Below are positions 1 to 11,405 of a stretch of 43,178 bases of DNA, piece by piece. How positions within the stretch are numbered: position 1 is the first letter of the stretch; each line of letters opens with the position of its first letter. The stretch lies in contig NC_069003.1 in the NCBI RefSeq assembly GCF_001194135.2, forward strand, positions 18,143,760 to 18,186,937, written 5' to 3'. The DNA comes from Octopus bimaculoides. Its lineage: Eukaryota. The notes beneath the pieces were generated by a model that had not been told where the DNA came from, ran no database searches, and saw only the letters and a program-made list of their open reading frames with translations. The translations under genes and the position numbers were made by a program.

Positions 1-99
1 CGACACCACCACTTTTTTTTTTTCCCCTCCCAAAAAGAAAAGCTCTACATTGTATTTGTCCCATCTTCGTTGAGCCCTGTGTGGCTAATAAAAGAAATG

Positions 100-157
<58 letters not shown>

Positions 158-166
158 ATCTATCTG
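100..166. repeat. (TATC)n microsatellite
   Basis: Direct reading of tandem TATC units. Confidence 0.95.
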
Positions 167-170
167 TCAA

Positions 171-601
171 CAGTGGCGGGTGCAGGGGTGTTGCCCTAGT
201 TGCCCAGGTAACACCCTTTCTAACCGAGCCAACATAAAAGAATTGGGACCAAGGCTTAAGACCGATCGAATTTTGAAAATACAAGCTTGAACTTTAATGA
301 TGGTTTCGTTGTTTTCATTAACTTGGATTATAGAGTGAACATGTTATTAAGTTATGATACACAGGTGTAGTTTGCCACTACTTTCCATAGGTAAATCAAT
401 ACTCAGCGCACTTTTGCAAATATAATAACATTATTTTATTTCCAGCAGTCTCACAGCATTACTGTTTCATATGCATATGGTCTGCTACAACAAAGAACAC
501 ATAAAAATGTGTCCATTTGTTATGAATTGCGATTCCCACATTATATAGTATTTTTTCAAAACTTTTGGGCAACACCCCAAAAAATCCTGGATCTCCCTCT
601 G
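171..601. mobile_element. Non-autonomous DNA transposon (MITE-like) with CAGTGGCGG-type termini
   Basis: Left end CAGTGGCGGGTGCAGGGGTGTTGCCC; right end reverse-complements to CAGAGGGAGATCCAGGATTTTTTGGGGTGTTGCCC (shared GGGGTGTTGCCC block and CAG terminus). No clean TSD seen. Confidence 0.65.
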
Positions 602-649
602 GTCTATGTATGTTTTTAACTGTTTAGCCACCCATCTGTTCATCCGTTT

Positions 650-1161
650 GGCTGTCTATCTGTCTGTCTGACTGTCTGTCTGACTGTCTGTCTATTTATC
701 TATCAATCCATCCATCCATCCATCCATCAACCTGCCTGCCTGTCTGCCTGCCTGTCTGCCTGCCTGCCTGCCTGCCTGCCTGCCNNNNNNNNNNNNNNNN
801 NNNNNNNNNNNNNNNNNNNNNNNNNNNNNNNNNNNNNNNNNNNNNNNNNNNNNNNNNNNNNNNNNNNNNNNNNNNNNNNNNNNNNNNNNNNNNNNNNNNN
901 NNNNNNNNNNNNNNNNNNNNNNNNNNNNNNNNNNNNNNNNNNNNNNNNNNNNNNNNNNNNNNNNNNNNNNNNNNNNNNNNNNNNNNNNNNNNNNNNNNNN
1001 NNNNNNNNNNNNNNNNNNNNNNNNNNNNNNNNNNNNNNNNNNNNNNNNNNNNNNNNNNNNNNNNNNNNNNNNNNNNNNNNCTGTCTGCCTGCCTGTTTAT
1101 CTGTCAGTCTATTTGTCTGTCTGTCTATCTGTCTCTCTGTCTGTCTGTGTATCTGTCTGTG

Positions 1162-1236
<75 letters not shown>

Positions 1237-1270
1237 GGGGGAGGGAGAGAGAGAGAGAAAAAGAGAGAGA
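650..1270. repeat. Compound microsatellite (CTGT/CCAT/CCTG, CT, AT, AG) spanning an N gap
   Basis: Direct reading; gap 785-1080. Confidence 0.9.
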
Positions 1271-2199
1271 TTTATATTTATATTTATGTGTGTCTGAGTA
1301 TGTGTGTGTTCGTAAGTATTTAATTTTTACTTCCCTCTTTCATTTTGTCTTTACTCAATCGTTTTAATGCTTTTCTTTTTCTTCCACCCCCCACTCTCTC
1401 TTTCTCTCACTTATTCACTCATTCATAAGTCTTTCATTTATTCAATCATTTGTTCTTTCTTTTATTTTACGTCTATTTCTGTTTCTTGTTTGTTTCTGCT
1501 TTTCATTCGTTCTTTGTCTACCCCCACCCGTTTTCTCGTTCTATTTCACAAGTTATTAATAAACATAATCAAGCACATAACATAAACATCTACCTCCACC
1601 CCACCCCGTGTCTTCTTCCTCCCACCATTCTACTACGATCACCTCATACTGCTACCTCCTCTCGCTGCTCCTCCACCGCCACCTTATACATCCACTTCCT
1701 CTCACCACTCCTTCACTACTACCTTATACATTCACTGCCATCCCCCCACCATTCCAGTGGTACCACTTCCCCACCACCACCACCACCACCACCACTACCT
1801 GTCCACCACCACTTCCCACCTTTATTTCCCACATCACCATGCTATGATTGATACCTGCCCCTCAGTCACACTCCCACTCCATCTCTATCTGTTGTCCATA
1901 CAAATATTTCTAATTAGGTGTGATTTTTATGACTCTTTATTGTTACAAAGGTGGGAGTGAAGTGGCAGAATCAATAAGGTGGAGTGGGGGGGTGAGGATG
2001 AAGATTTTGGTGCTTGACTGCATTCTTTGGCCATGTGCCGAAGATAAGTTTCCGAGTTCAAATCTTGTTGGAGTCGTTACCAGTACCAGTGAAGTACCCA
2101 CGGCTTGTGCACCATATTTTGTGGCATGGTTGGACACTGCAACAAAGAAGATGTGCTGTGATATTGCAAATGTAATTCTGAGAAAAAAATCTTTTTATA

Positions 2200-2567
2200 T
2201 TCTTTAAAGTTATATCACACAATGCTTCACCAACACTACCTCATTTTAATACACACACGCACACACACATGTACATGCATACATACATACATACATACAT
2301 ACATACATACATCACAGTCTCTCATTGTTAGATGATGTATAAGCTGGCTACAATTTCTTGCTGAACAACTACACAGTTGATTTGTTGATAGGAATCAAAT
2401 GTTTGTGTTCATATAAGCTCACTCCCTTCATCAAATCAACATTACCTGTATAGGCACATGACATACCACATGTCAGATGATGAAATGATCATAGAGCAAT
2501 GTGAAATGAGCTGTTTTGCTCAAGAACACAGTGCAATGCTCAGTCTGGGAACTGAAACCACAATCTC
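2200..2567 (+). repeat. Direct duplication, copy 1 (pairs with 3996-4343)
   Basis: Identical to 3996-4343 by eye except for five extra ACAT units. Confidence 0.95.
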
Positions 2568-2769
2568 CATTGACATGACTGACCAGTGTCCAGTGGGCAT
2601 ACTAAATGCTTGTTGTCTGATAAAATTAGCAAGCAAACCACTGAATGCTTGTTTGTACTCACTGTCATTGAAAGAAATCACATGACAATAGCCACTTAGA
2701 TGATGGTTTGCTGCTGGGTATTACTGTAGTACACAACACTATACTCTTCTCTTGATCTCACCTGCGTAA

Positions 2770-3035
2770 GGGCATGTAGCTTAGTAGGGTGTTCAGCTCA
2801 TGATCATAAGGTCGTGAGTTCAATTCCTGTTAGCGAGTTGCGTCCTTGAGCAAGACACTTATTTCACTTTGCTCCAATCCACCCAACTGTGTCATGTTGA
2901 ACCTCCCTGATAACTCCGTTAAGGGTATGTGTATCTGTGGAGTGCTCAGCCACTTACGTGTTAATTTCATGAGCAGGATGTTCTGTTGATCAGATCAGCT
3001 GAAACCCTTGTTGTTGCAACCGACAATGCCAGTCA
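2770..3035 (+). mobile_element. tRNA-derived SINE
   Basis: A-box-like TAGCTTAGTAGG, B-box-like GAGTTCAATTCC, followed by CCTTGAGCAAGACACTT conserved block. Confidence 0.7.
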
Positions 3036-3282
3036 ACTCACCTGTGGCTTTTCATGTGATAAACATCATAGTGATAGTACCAACTACCAGCTACAAGCAC
3101 CCAAATGCGACTGCTGCCACCACCCTGTTGATTTCAGAAAGCCACAGCAACAAATTATAAACTAACATCATGGAAAATGCATGATATTTTTTAACAAAAA
3201 AAAAGGTGCATCTCCCATGCTGCAAAATAATAGTATATATAATCCAGTGTTTCTTATATAAAGAGGTAGTAGTGATGGGGGT

Positions 3283-3670
3283 ATGATCATCATCATCATT
3301 ATTTAACATCTGTTTTCCATGCTGGTATGGGTTGAATGGTTTGATTAGAGCTGGCAAGCAGAAGAGCTGCATTAGGTTCCAGTCTGATTTAGCCAGATTT
3401 CTATGGCCAGATGCCCTTCTTAATGATGACCACTTCACAGAGTGTACTGAGTGCTTTTCATGGGATACGCGCATAAATACTTTGTTTGTGGCACCAGCAT
3501 GGGGGCTGTCAATGTAACCTGGTACAGGTGCTTTTATGTGGCACCAGCAAGCTTCCCTTGACATACTGCTGGCTTGGGTACTTTTGTTGCAGCACTAGAA
3601 TGAATACTTTTTACATGGCACCAACATGAGTAATTTTTACATGGTACCAGCACAGGGCTCTTGCAAGGCA
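3283..3670 (-). mobile_element. RTE-clade LINE 3' UTR/tail fragment
   Basis: Homologous to 36873-37200, which is contiguous with the RTE RT; (CAT)n tail at the left end; internal GGCACCAGCA repeats. Confidence 0.8.
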
Positions 3671-3864
3671 AAACCCCCTTCAGCGGGGGCGGGGGTATTA
3701 GCAATTCTGCTGAGGTGGACGAGAAGTGTTTTTAGTATTTAGTCAGAAGGAAGAATAGTACCTATGACCTTTGACAGGGATACCCCAGATGTCACCTTTC
3801 TCCTTCCTCCCCTGCCCCCACCCCACATCTGAGCAACAACCTTTTCCAACTACTGCTTTTCCAA

Positions 3865-3904
3865 ATGTCCTGAAGAAGGGGTCTCCACCCTGAAATATAG
3901 AAAT
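3865..3904 (+). ncRNA. Decayed minimal type I hammerhead-like motif
   Basis: ATGTC-CTGAAGA-AGGG gtctcca CCCT-GAAA-TATA-GAAAT: both core strings and helix II intact; helix I 4/5; helix III only 4 nt (ATAT). Confidence 0.5.
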
Positions 3905-3995
3905 ACAAAGTAAAATTGCACCATTGTTCTGTTTTCTTTTCCTTTTGTAGTTTACTTTCTATCTTCTCACATTGTTCTGGCCTTACACAACAGCC

Positions 3996-4343
3996 TTCTT
4001 TAAAGTTATATCACACAATGCTTCACCAACACTACCTCATTTTAATACACACACGCACACACACATGTACATGCATACATACATACATCACAGTCTCTCA
4101 TTGTTAGATGATGTATAAGCTGGCTACAATTTCTTGCTGAACAACTACACAGTTGATTTGTTGATAGGAATCAAATGTTTGTGTTCATATAAGCTCACTC
4201 CCTTCATCAAATCAACATTACCTGTATAGGCACATGACATACCACATGTCAGATGATGAAATGATCATAGAGCAATGTGAAATGAGCTGTTTTGCTCAAG
4301 AACACAGTGCAATGCTCAGTCTGGGAACTGAAACCACAATCTC
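3996..4343 (+). repeat. Direct duplication, copy 2 (continues into a complete SINE head to about 4380)
   Basis: See 2200-2567. Confidence 0.95.
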
Positions 4344-4393
4344 GAAATTGTGAGTGCAAACACCCTAGCCACTGAGCCATATATATATGTAAG

Positions 4394-4399
<6 letters not shown>

Positions 4400-4431
<32 letters not shown>

Positions 4432-4575
4432 GAATCCCACACAGTTTCCTTCAACACTCACAAGGCTTTGGTCAGCTAGAGGCTATAGTAGCAAGGACTT
4501 ACTTGAGGTGTTACTCTGTAAGACTGAATCACTGACCACATGGTTGTGAAGCAGACTTCTAAACCACACAACCAT
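4400..4575 (-). mobile_element. tRNA-derived SINE family A (partial)
   Basis: Reverse complement matches the intact copy at 33645-34032 (CACTCACAAGGCTTTGG, CTATAGTAG blocks). Confidence 0.75.
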
Positions 4576-4815
4576 TATTAACATTGGTTTATAACTTAAA
4601 AACAAGTCTAACAACTTTGAGGGAAGGGATTAAGTTGATATCATTGACCCCAGCACATGACTGGTAGTACTTTATTTTATAGATTCTAAAAGGGTGAAAG
4701 GTAAATTTGGCCTCAGCATTAGAGCAAAGGACAAAATGCTTTGTGAAAGTGTTGAGCTAGAGGTCTTGTGATTATTCAGTTATTTCCCATTACATTTCTA
4801 AGTTTAGCTACCCCA

Positions 4816-4829
4816 CCAGCAGGGGGCAA
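4816..4829 (+). promoter_or_regulatory. CTCF-core-like motif CCAGCAGGGGGCAA
   Basis: 13/14 match to the CCASYAGRKGGCRS consensus in non-repeat DNA; single site, function untested. Confidence 0.3.
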
Positions 4830-5139
4830 TTGTGCTTTCATGATATGTATGTTAGGCTCTTGAGGAAATATCATTCTTCCAGTTAGGAATACACTTGCTC
4901 CTCTGTGCCCAACACAGGTCAGATGGTTGACCCTCACTTTATCAAGCAGAGATTCCAGTCCTTTTACATATAATGCTGGTTTCTCACATTTGCCCTCGGT
5001 GGGTGCAAATCAAGAATGTCAGATGTTAGGAAAAGACTGACTTGACAAAAGAATGCGGAAGGTAATTACTGAGAAGCCTGTGGACCACAAAACCTCTTTT
5101 GATAGAAGTAAATATGAAGTGGGTTGGCCATCAAACATG

Positions 5140-5292
5140 ATACTGTGGCAAGTAGTTGTATTAGTAGTAGTATTAGTAGTAGTAGTAGTAGTATTAGTAT
5201 TAGTAGTAGCAACAGTAGCAGCAGCGGTGGTGGTGGTGACAGTGGTGGTGGTGGTGGTGGTGGTAGTAGTTGTAAAAGTAGTAGCAGCTGCA
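5140..5292. repeat. (GTA)n/(GGT)n/(GCA)n trinucleotide compound microsatellite
   Basis: Direct reading. Confidence 0.9.
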
Positions 5293-5545
5293 ACATGTTA
5301 ATAATCCCCAGATTTGTGAAGGTAAAGAGTGAGGCAGGTGTTGTGAAACCAGTAATTGTTAGGGTTAAATATGTACATATAAAGTGAGAAAGAGAGACTG
5401 TGGGGGAGGGAGGGAGGGAGAGAGAGAGAGAGAAGTATATGAAATGAGAAAATGAGAAATTTAGCAAGAGTAGCAATAGACAGGCAGACAGACAGACAGG
5501 CAGAGAGATAGAAAGATAGATAGATAGACAGACAGACAGGCAGAG

Positions 5546-5579
<34 letters not shown>

Positions 5580-5637
5580 GNNNNNNNNNNNNNNNNNNNN
5601 NNNNNNNNNNNNNNNNNNNNNNNNNNNNNNNNNNNNN

Positions 5638-6502
5638 AATGGGGAAAGCCGATCAATAGGGATCGTGTATCACAGTCAATGTAAAAGGTGGGGAACAGAT
5701 TAGGTTTATCCGTAGAGAGAAAAGCCTACGGAAAAGACCACGTTCACCTCAGGCTTTTATTTTTAAAAAGGTACATGAAAGTAAGTACCTTTTCTCTCTT
5801 TGTCTCTTTTTCTTACATCTTTATGCTTAAACTGGTGTCGTCTTTCGTACTTACCATTCTTGCCACGTTTACCCATTTTTTATTGAAACATTCATTCGAT
5901 AGCAATTTCCTCTCTATTCTCATCCTCCTTTTCAAGTGGTACTTGAAACAGTTGACGAGAGACTGACCAAAGAGGAAAGTGTTTGTTTGTAAACCTTTCA
6001 AACACATCCACCACACGCATTCTTTCGCCATAGCTATCAGTGTTATGAAAACTGTTTTTCCTTCCAGATTAAAGGAAGGTGGTGGAACAATATTCACGAT
6101 AGACTCGGCTGATAAGCGGACTCATCCTACACGCGACAACAGCCGTTCGACGAAGGTCCACAGCTATGAAATATCTGGACATTGCACGAGTGTGTACAGA
6201 ACGGTTTCGTCACTCTGACCACATCTCGGGCAGGTCGGTCCGGTGGTTTTCGAACCGTGTCTGGAGATTTTCTCTCGAACTGGTAGTGCGTCCCAATAGC
6301 ATTGTCAAGCCAGGGATCTCTGGAAGTTATCCATAGGCCCCAGCCCGAATGTTAGGAATTTTTCGTTGAGACCCAGGTTTGCCCCGAGAGTGTCGTCGGA
6401 CCTCCCCTCCGCTAGTCCTCTATAGAACGCATTGGTCGTTTGGAAGTTGCACAAGTTTGATCCTGGACGGCAGAGCTGTTGTAGAGCTTGGCGACACTCG
6501 CG
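5638..6502 (-). mobile_element. Tx1/L1-clade LINE 3' fragment (ORF2 C-terminal zinc finger + 3' UTR), pseudogenised
   Basis: One continuous frame 6502-5813 with three internal stops: ...[21 protein letters not shown]...CPRCGQSDETVLYTLVQCP...AKECVWW..., the zf-RVT-type CxxC..ET..(H)..C signature; flanked by (GATA/GACA)n. Confidence 0.85.
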
Positions 6503-6592
6503 AGATAGAGAGATAGATAGATAGACAGACAGACAGGCAGAGAGATAGATAGATAGATGACTAGATAGAAAGATAGATAAATAGATAGATAT

Positions 6593-6641
<49 letters not shown>

Positions 6642-7047
6642 TAGACAGACAGGCAGTCAGACAAATATTACACAATCGATGGTTGTGCAAAGTTTCAAAA
6701 CTGATGAAAGCCTAACAATTTCCTCTCAGCCCCAATCATTGGTCTCCCTGTATTGAAATGAATCCTTGTCTAAATCCCCTAATTAGGTAGCCCTATCAAG
6801 TTTGGATGGCTGGATGGTTAGACAGAAATATAGACAGAGTTAAGAGAGAGAGAGAGAAAGAGAACTTATAATAAATAAGGGGAGACAGTGGTAGTACAAG
6901 TAAAAAGAATAAAAGAGAAAGTGAGCAGGTAAAGAAAAACATAGAACGATCAATCACTTAACGCATGCACATACACAGAAAGACAAATAAAACAGATAGA
7001 TAGATAGATAGATAGATGAGCAAGTGAGAGAGATAGAGAGAGAGAGG

Positions 7048-7080
<33 letters not shown>

Positions 7081-7689
7081 TGAGAAAGAGAGAGGAATTA
7101 AGTGAAAAGGGAAAGAAATTCAACAAGGAAAAGATTAAGACAGAGAGTAAGGAGGGAGAGAGAGGTAGCTAGAGAAGGAGGGAGTGAGAGAGAGAGAGAG
7201 AGAGAGATGAGAGGTACACAAGTGAGTTATTGAACAATAAGTGTTAGCATTGTGAAGTTAATTGATCATGGCTTTCTTTTCTTTTATTTTTTTCTTGTTT
7301 CAGTTTACTATTTTTGTTATTTATTTATTGTCAATAACCTTACAAATCATGTAGCTCAGGACATTTAACCAGCTGGAACCGCCTTCTCTCACATGCGCAC
7401 CACACCCCAACTTAGACACCCTCTGTACACTTGCACTCGCTTATGCTTAGACACATGTACATACACACATGCATACATATTTACAAATACGCATTGATTT
7501 TTAGGTCAGTATGTATATGTGTGTGCGTGTGTATTATATATATATGTACATGTACACACACACACATATATGCATATGTGCATGTATGTATAAATATATA
7601 TATGTATATCTCTCTTCTAGAAAAACTCTCTTCTCTTAAGCTTTTTCAAAAATGACTGAAGCCTCCTCTGTCTCCAAGAAACCTTTTAC

Positions 7690-7910
7690 AATCATTAAAC
7701 TGCAGCCATGCTGCGGCACCACCTGGAAGAATTGTTAGTCAAATGAATTGTCCTCCATAAGTACACACACACATACACATGATAAGCTTCTTTCAGCCTC
7801 CGTCTACTAAATCCACTCACAAGGATTGGTCAGCCCCAGGTGCCATACAGTGGGATGGAACCTGGAACCATGTGGTTGGGAAACAAACTTCTTACCACAC
7901 AGCCACGCCT
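7690..7910 (-). mobile_element. tRNA-derived SINE family A (internally deleted)
   Basis: Blocks shared with 33645-34032. Confidence 0.8.
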
Positions 7911-8411
7911 ACATATAAGCCATAGATTGGAGCTTAACATATAAACCATTCCAGGTCAGAATGGATCTAAGAGTAATGGTAATTAAGGGGTGACTCCATG
8001 CTCCCCACAATTCCAGATCTCCTGAACTTGAGCCTTGCCACTAAATGCAGCTTAATGCCAGGAGAAAGATACTCTGATATAAAACTTGTAGTTAAAATAG
8101 TATCAGTCATCCTGCAATGCTTGGCACTGGAGACCAGTAGAGTGGCTTTAAGTGTTGTACAAGCCTTTGATATTTAAATCTAATGACATACAGACTTCCG
8201 ACTATCATTTCATTTCCTGATCGGTTTTTGTATTTTATAAAGTTTTTGGTGATGTACGAATGGCAATCTTATTTTATCTGTGCAGATGCAGGGATGAAAG
8301 TAAATCTGAACAATCAATTTAAATGTGAGATGGCTATCATCTGACAAGATGAGACAATTGACATACATATCTATAGTTATATATGTGTATATGTATATCT
8401 ATATGTGTATG

Positions 8412-8462
<51 letters not shown>

Positions 8463-8499
8463 CAAAAGCGGGAGTGGTGTTTCCATGCAAGAAAAAAAT

Positions 8500-10387
8500 A
8501 TAGGAAAATGTGTTGTTGAAAATGCACTTAAATTTCAAAAGCTCGTAAATGTTTAAAATACATTTATTTACATATATACCAAACTAGTTTCAACAATATT
8601 TTTTGTTTATCAATAGTAAAGGTTTAAAATTTGAAAAACATTGTAAAAGTTTCAATGTTGACAAATTAAAATGTTTCAATTTTGATAAATTATCATGTTC
8701 AAAACAGAAGGTGTAAGTTTGAAATTAAAACTGTATATTTATTCGTTAGAATGTACAAGGTTCATTGATTTCAGTGGTGGTCGACAAGTCATACTAAAAA
8801 AAACAAGTGTGAGAATTAAAATAGTAAAAAAAAGGGGAATTTGGTTTATAGTTTCTCAGATTTTCTTTAAATAGTCACTTTCACTTGTAATAATGTTTAG
8901 GGATCAGATGTGCTTATAAATTTTTTTCTGCAAGCGGATCTGATTTTTGATACGTTAAAAAATTGGTGATGTTTTTCTTCCATGGTCAAGTTTGTCATTC
9001 TGCCTGGTTGGTTTCCTTGTGGATACAGTTATAGGTCGTTCCAGCTGGTTGATTCTCTTAAAGGGTCATTTCCTTGTATTCGCTGAAGGTCGGTTTTGAT
9101 TGGTCTGGAATTAGGTGGCGTCAGCAACTGGTATTTGTGGAATTTCATTGGATTGGAGGTGGGTGAGGTTGGCATCTAGTGTTTGTGTGGTGATTTGGAG
9201 TTGCGGTTTCAAAACCCGGGTGGAAGATTGTTACTAAAATTTTGTTTTTTTCTGTTGAAATTGAGTCTTTTTTCTTTTCTTTTTACTGCTTTTTCTTCTT
9301 TCTAAAGGATATTCAGCTGTGGTTTATATTTTTTAATCAGTATATTTTCCTTATTTAAATGGAATTGGGTTGAAGTGTTTCCAGTGCATTGATAGAGAGG
9401 GAAGATTTGGTATTTAGGGTTTTTGTCTAAGGGGCATTGGTCTAGGTGCTGGCTAATGGGAATTTTCCTAGTGGTGGAGTCCTGGATTTGTTGTCTGTGC
9501 ACCGTAAGTCTATCCCTCAAAGTTAAGCTTGTTTGACCAATGTAGTCTCCACCACAACCTCCACATTTAAGAACATAGATTAAGTTCTTCGAAGCACAGG
9601 TGAAGTCATATTTTATGGTAAAAGTTTGGTTTGACTTAAATTTCTATGTTGAGCCCTCTAAGAGAAAGGTGCAAGTTCCGCAGTTTGGGCAGTTGCACTT
9701 TTTGACTTGTGGGGTTGTATATTTGGTGGGTAATTTGGCACTGGTGAGTAATGATTGTGGTTGTCTGTTACTTTTAATAATCCTATGTGTTTCCAGTGCC
9801 TTTTTCATTTGTGGGTCCTTCATAAGAAGGGGTATGTTTTGGTGGATGATGTTGTAAGGTTCCTTGTTTCTTGGATTGTGTGTTGATATGTAAGATACAG
9901 TTTTAAGTGTGTCATGGTGTTTTCTTGTTTTCCATAAATCTTGGATGTCCATCATTTTTGCACGTTCTATTCCATTTTTGATTAGACTGACCAGGTATTT
10001 TCTATCTAGTAATGAGGTTTTAAGTTCTTGGAGTCACTTTTCCTAGGTTTTGGGATTTGATGCAATTGTGCAAATTCTTCTCGCTAAGTCGAATGGTATA
10101 TTTATTTTAGTATGTTTTGGGTGGCAGGAAGAGAATAGAAGATATTGTTTTGAGTCTGTTGGTTTCAAGAAGATGGCGGTTTCAATTTCAGTATTTATTT
10201 ATTTATGTGTTTCAGCCAAGTGGCTGCGGTCATGCTGGTGCACATCTCTCTTTATGATTAGGATGTCCAGGAAGGGTAGTTGTTGGTGGTTGTATTCCAT
10301 AGTGAACTGGATACCGTGGTTAATGCTGTTGATTAAGTTTTTAAATTTTGTGAGTTGTTCAGTGTTATGTGGCCAAAGGATGAAACA
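8500..10387 (-). mobile_element. Penelope-like element, 5'-truncated: RT thumb + GIY-YIG endonuclease + probable 3' UTR/pLTR
   Basis: Frameshifted minus-strand translation: CFILW...IQFTMEY..LPFLDILI; KPTDSKQYLLFSSCHPKHTKINIPFDLARRI; CNCPNCGTC; TCASKNLIYVLKCGGCGGDYIGQTSLTLRDRLTVHRQQI; ENILIKKYKPQLN stop at 9302. The 8500-9300 extent is inferred from the hammerhead relic and AATAAA. Confidence 0.9.
8577..8618 (-). ncRNA. Decayed minimal hammerhead in the PLE 3' region
   Basis: Minus strand: TACTA-TTGATA-AACAA aaaata TTGTT-GAAA CTAG T T-TGGTA; helices I and II and palindrome ACTAGT intact, CUGAUGA core mutated. Confidence 0.55.
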
Positions 10388-10404
10388 GTGCAAAAATGAT
10401 GGAC

Positions 10405-10560
10405 ATCAAAGAGTTGAAGGCCATTTGAACATTTTCAAAGAACAAACACTTGGTCATGTTTCTGTTGTCACACCAAGCGCAGGAGAACTGTATTATTTGA
10501 GAATTTTATTGTATGAAGTTTGAAATAGTATTTTTTCCCTTCCTGCCACTCATCGACATT
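10405..10560 (+). mobile_element. Helitron Rep/helicase coding fragment
   Basis: RVEGHLNIFKEQTLGHVSVVTPSAGELYYLRILLYEV matches the Helitron inter-domain motif V.G..GIF...LGR...V.P..GE.YYLR.LL..V. Confidence 0.75.
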
Positions 10561-10623
10561 TATCAACTTGGAGTGGTTGTGATCCAGGAGGTCATGGCAG
10601 GTCATGGCAGGTACATCTAGCAT

Positions 10624-10687
<64 letters not shown>

Positions 10688-10693
<6 letters not shown>

Positions 10694-11114
10694 TAAAGGG
10701 CACAATACATGCATTTAAGTGCTACTAAGTTGGTCTTTGAAAGATAACAAAACACCACGTGATTAAATGGAAAATAATTGAAAAATCCATACATTATGCG
10801 AATAGGTTGAATAAATGTAGGTTCGTTTAGTTGAAAGAACACAGATCCTGTTTAGATTTAAGATCCTTAACTCTCTATTGAACTCTAGGTCAGGAATTTT
10901 CAGTGGTTGCAAGTATATTTTTTTGTTTGCTGTTTTTTACTTTCTGCATTTTTTATATGCTGCCTTCTCAGTTTTTTTCATGTTTCGTCTATTATTCAAT
11001 TTTTTTTAGTTTGTTATGATATGTGTTTTGCACCTGAAGACTATGTTTAAGTATTTCTCTATACGTGAAACTATTAGTAACACTTAAATGCATCTATTGT
11101 GCCAGATAAATAAA
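10688..11114 (+). mobile_element. Inverted-repeat-flanked mini-element with decayed hammerhead-like motif (PLE pLTR-like)
   Basis: 41-bp IR (10688-10728 vs 11074-11114, 36/41); CTGAAGA 11034-11040 ... GAAACTATTAGTA 11067-11079; AATAAA at the end. Confidence 0.6.
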
Positions 11115-11249
11115 TAATATTTATCTCCCACCAGATGGAGTACTTTTTTTGTTGAATCTTCTATTACAGAATAGTACATTATGTGTGTGTGTGTGTGCAT
11201 GCATGTGTGTGTGTGTGTATGTGCATGTATGTGTGTGTGTATGTATATA

Positions 11250-11405
11250 TGTGAAGCATGATCTTCAAATGTCAGGCCTCATGGAGGTGATGACTGAGAC
11301 CTTTGGTGATATCAGATTGGAACCTGGTGCAGCTCTCCGGCTTACCAGTTCCAGTCAAACCGTCTAACCCATACCAGCATGAAAAGCGGATGTTAAATGA
11401 TGATA
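11250..11405 (+). mobile_element. RTE LINE extreme 3' end with internal deletion
   Basis: VKHDL..GL.E.MT (ORF end) joined directly to the tail block and (GAT)n. Confidence 0.75.

Noticed and set aside
1950-2200. 95-aa and 64-aa ORFs as an exon
   Set aside because: Sequence aligns with a decayed SINE family B head (GTGGCAGAATC, GAGTTCAAATC).
5847-5856. Perfect minus-strand splice donor (G|GTAAGT) suggesting a host exon
   Set aside because: Lies inside the Tx1-like ORF2 terminus, whose frame has stops; explained by the LINE.
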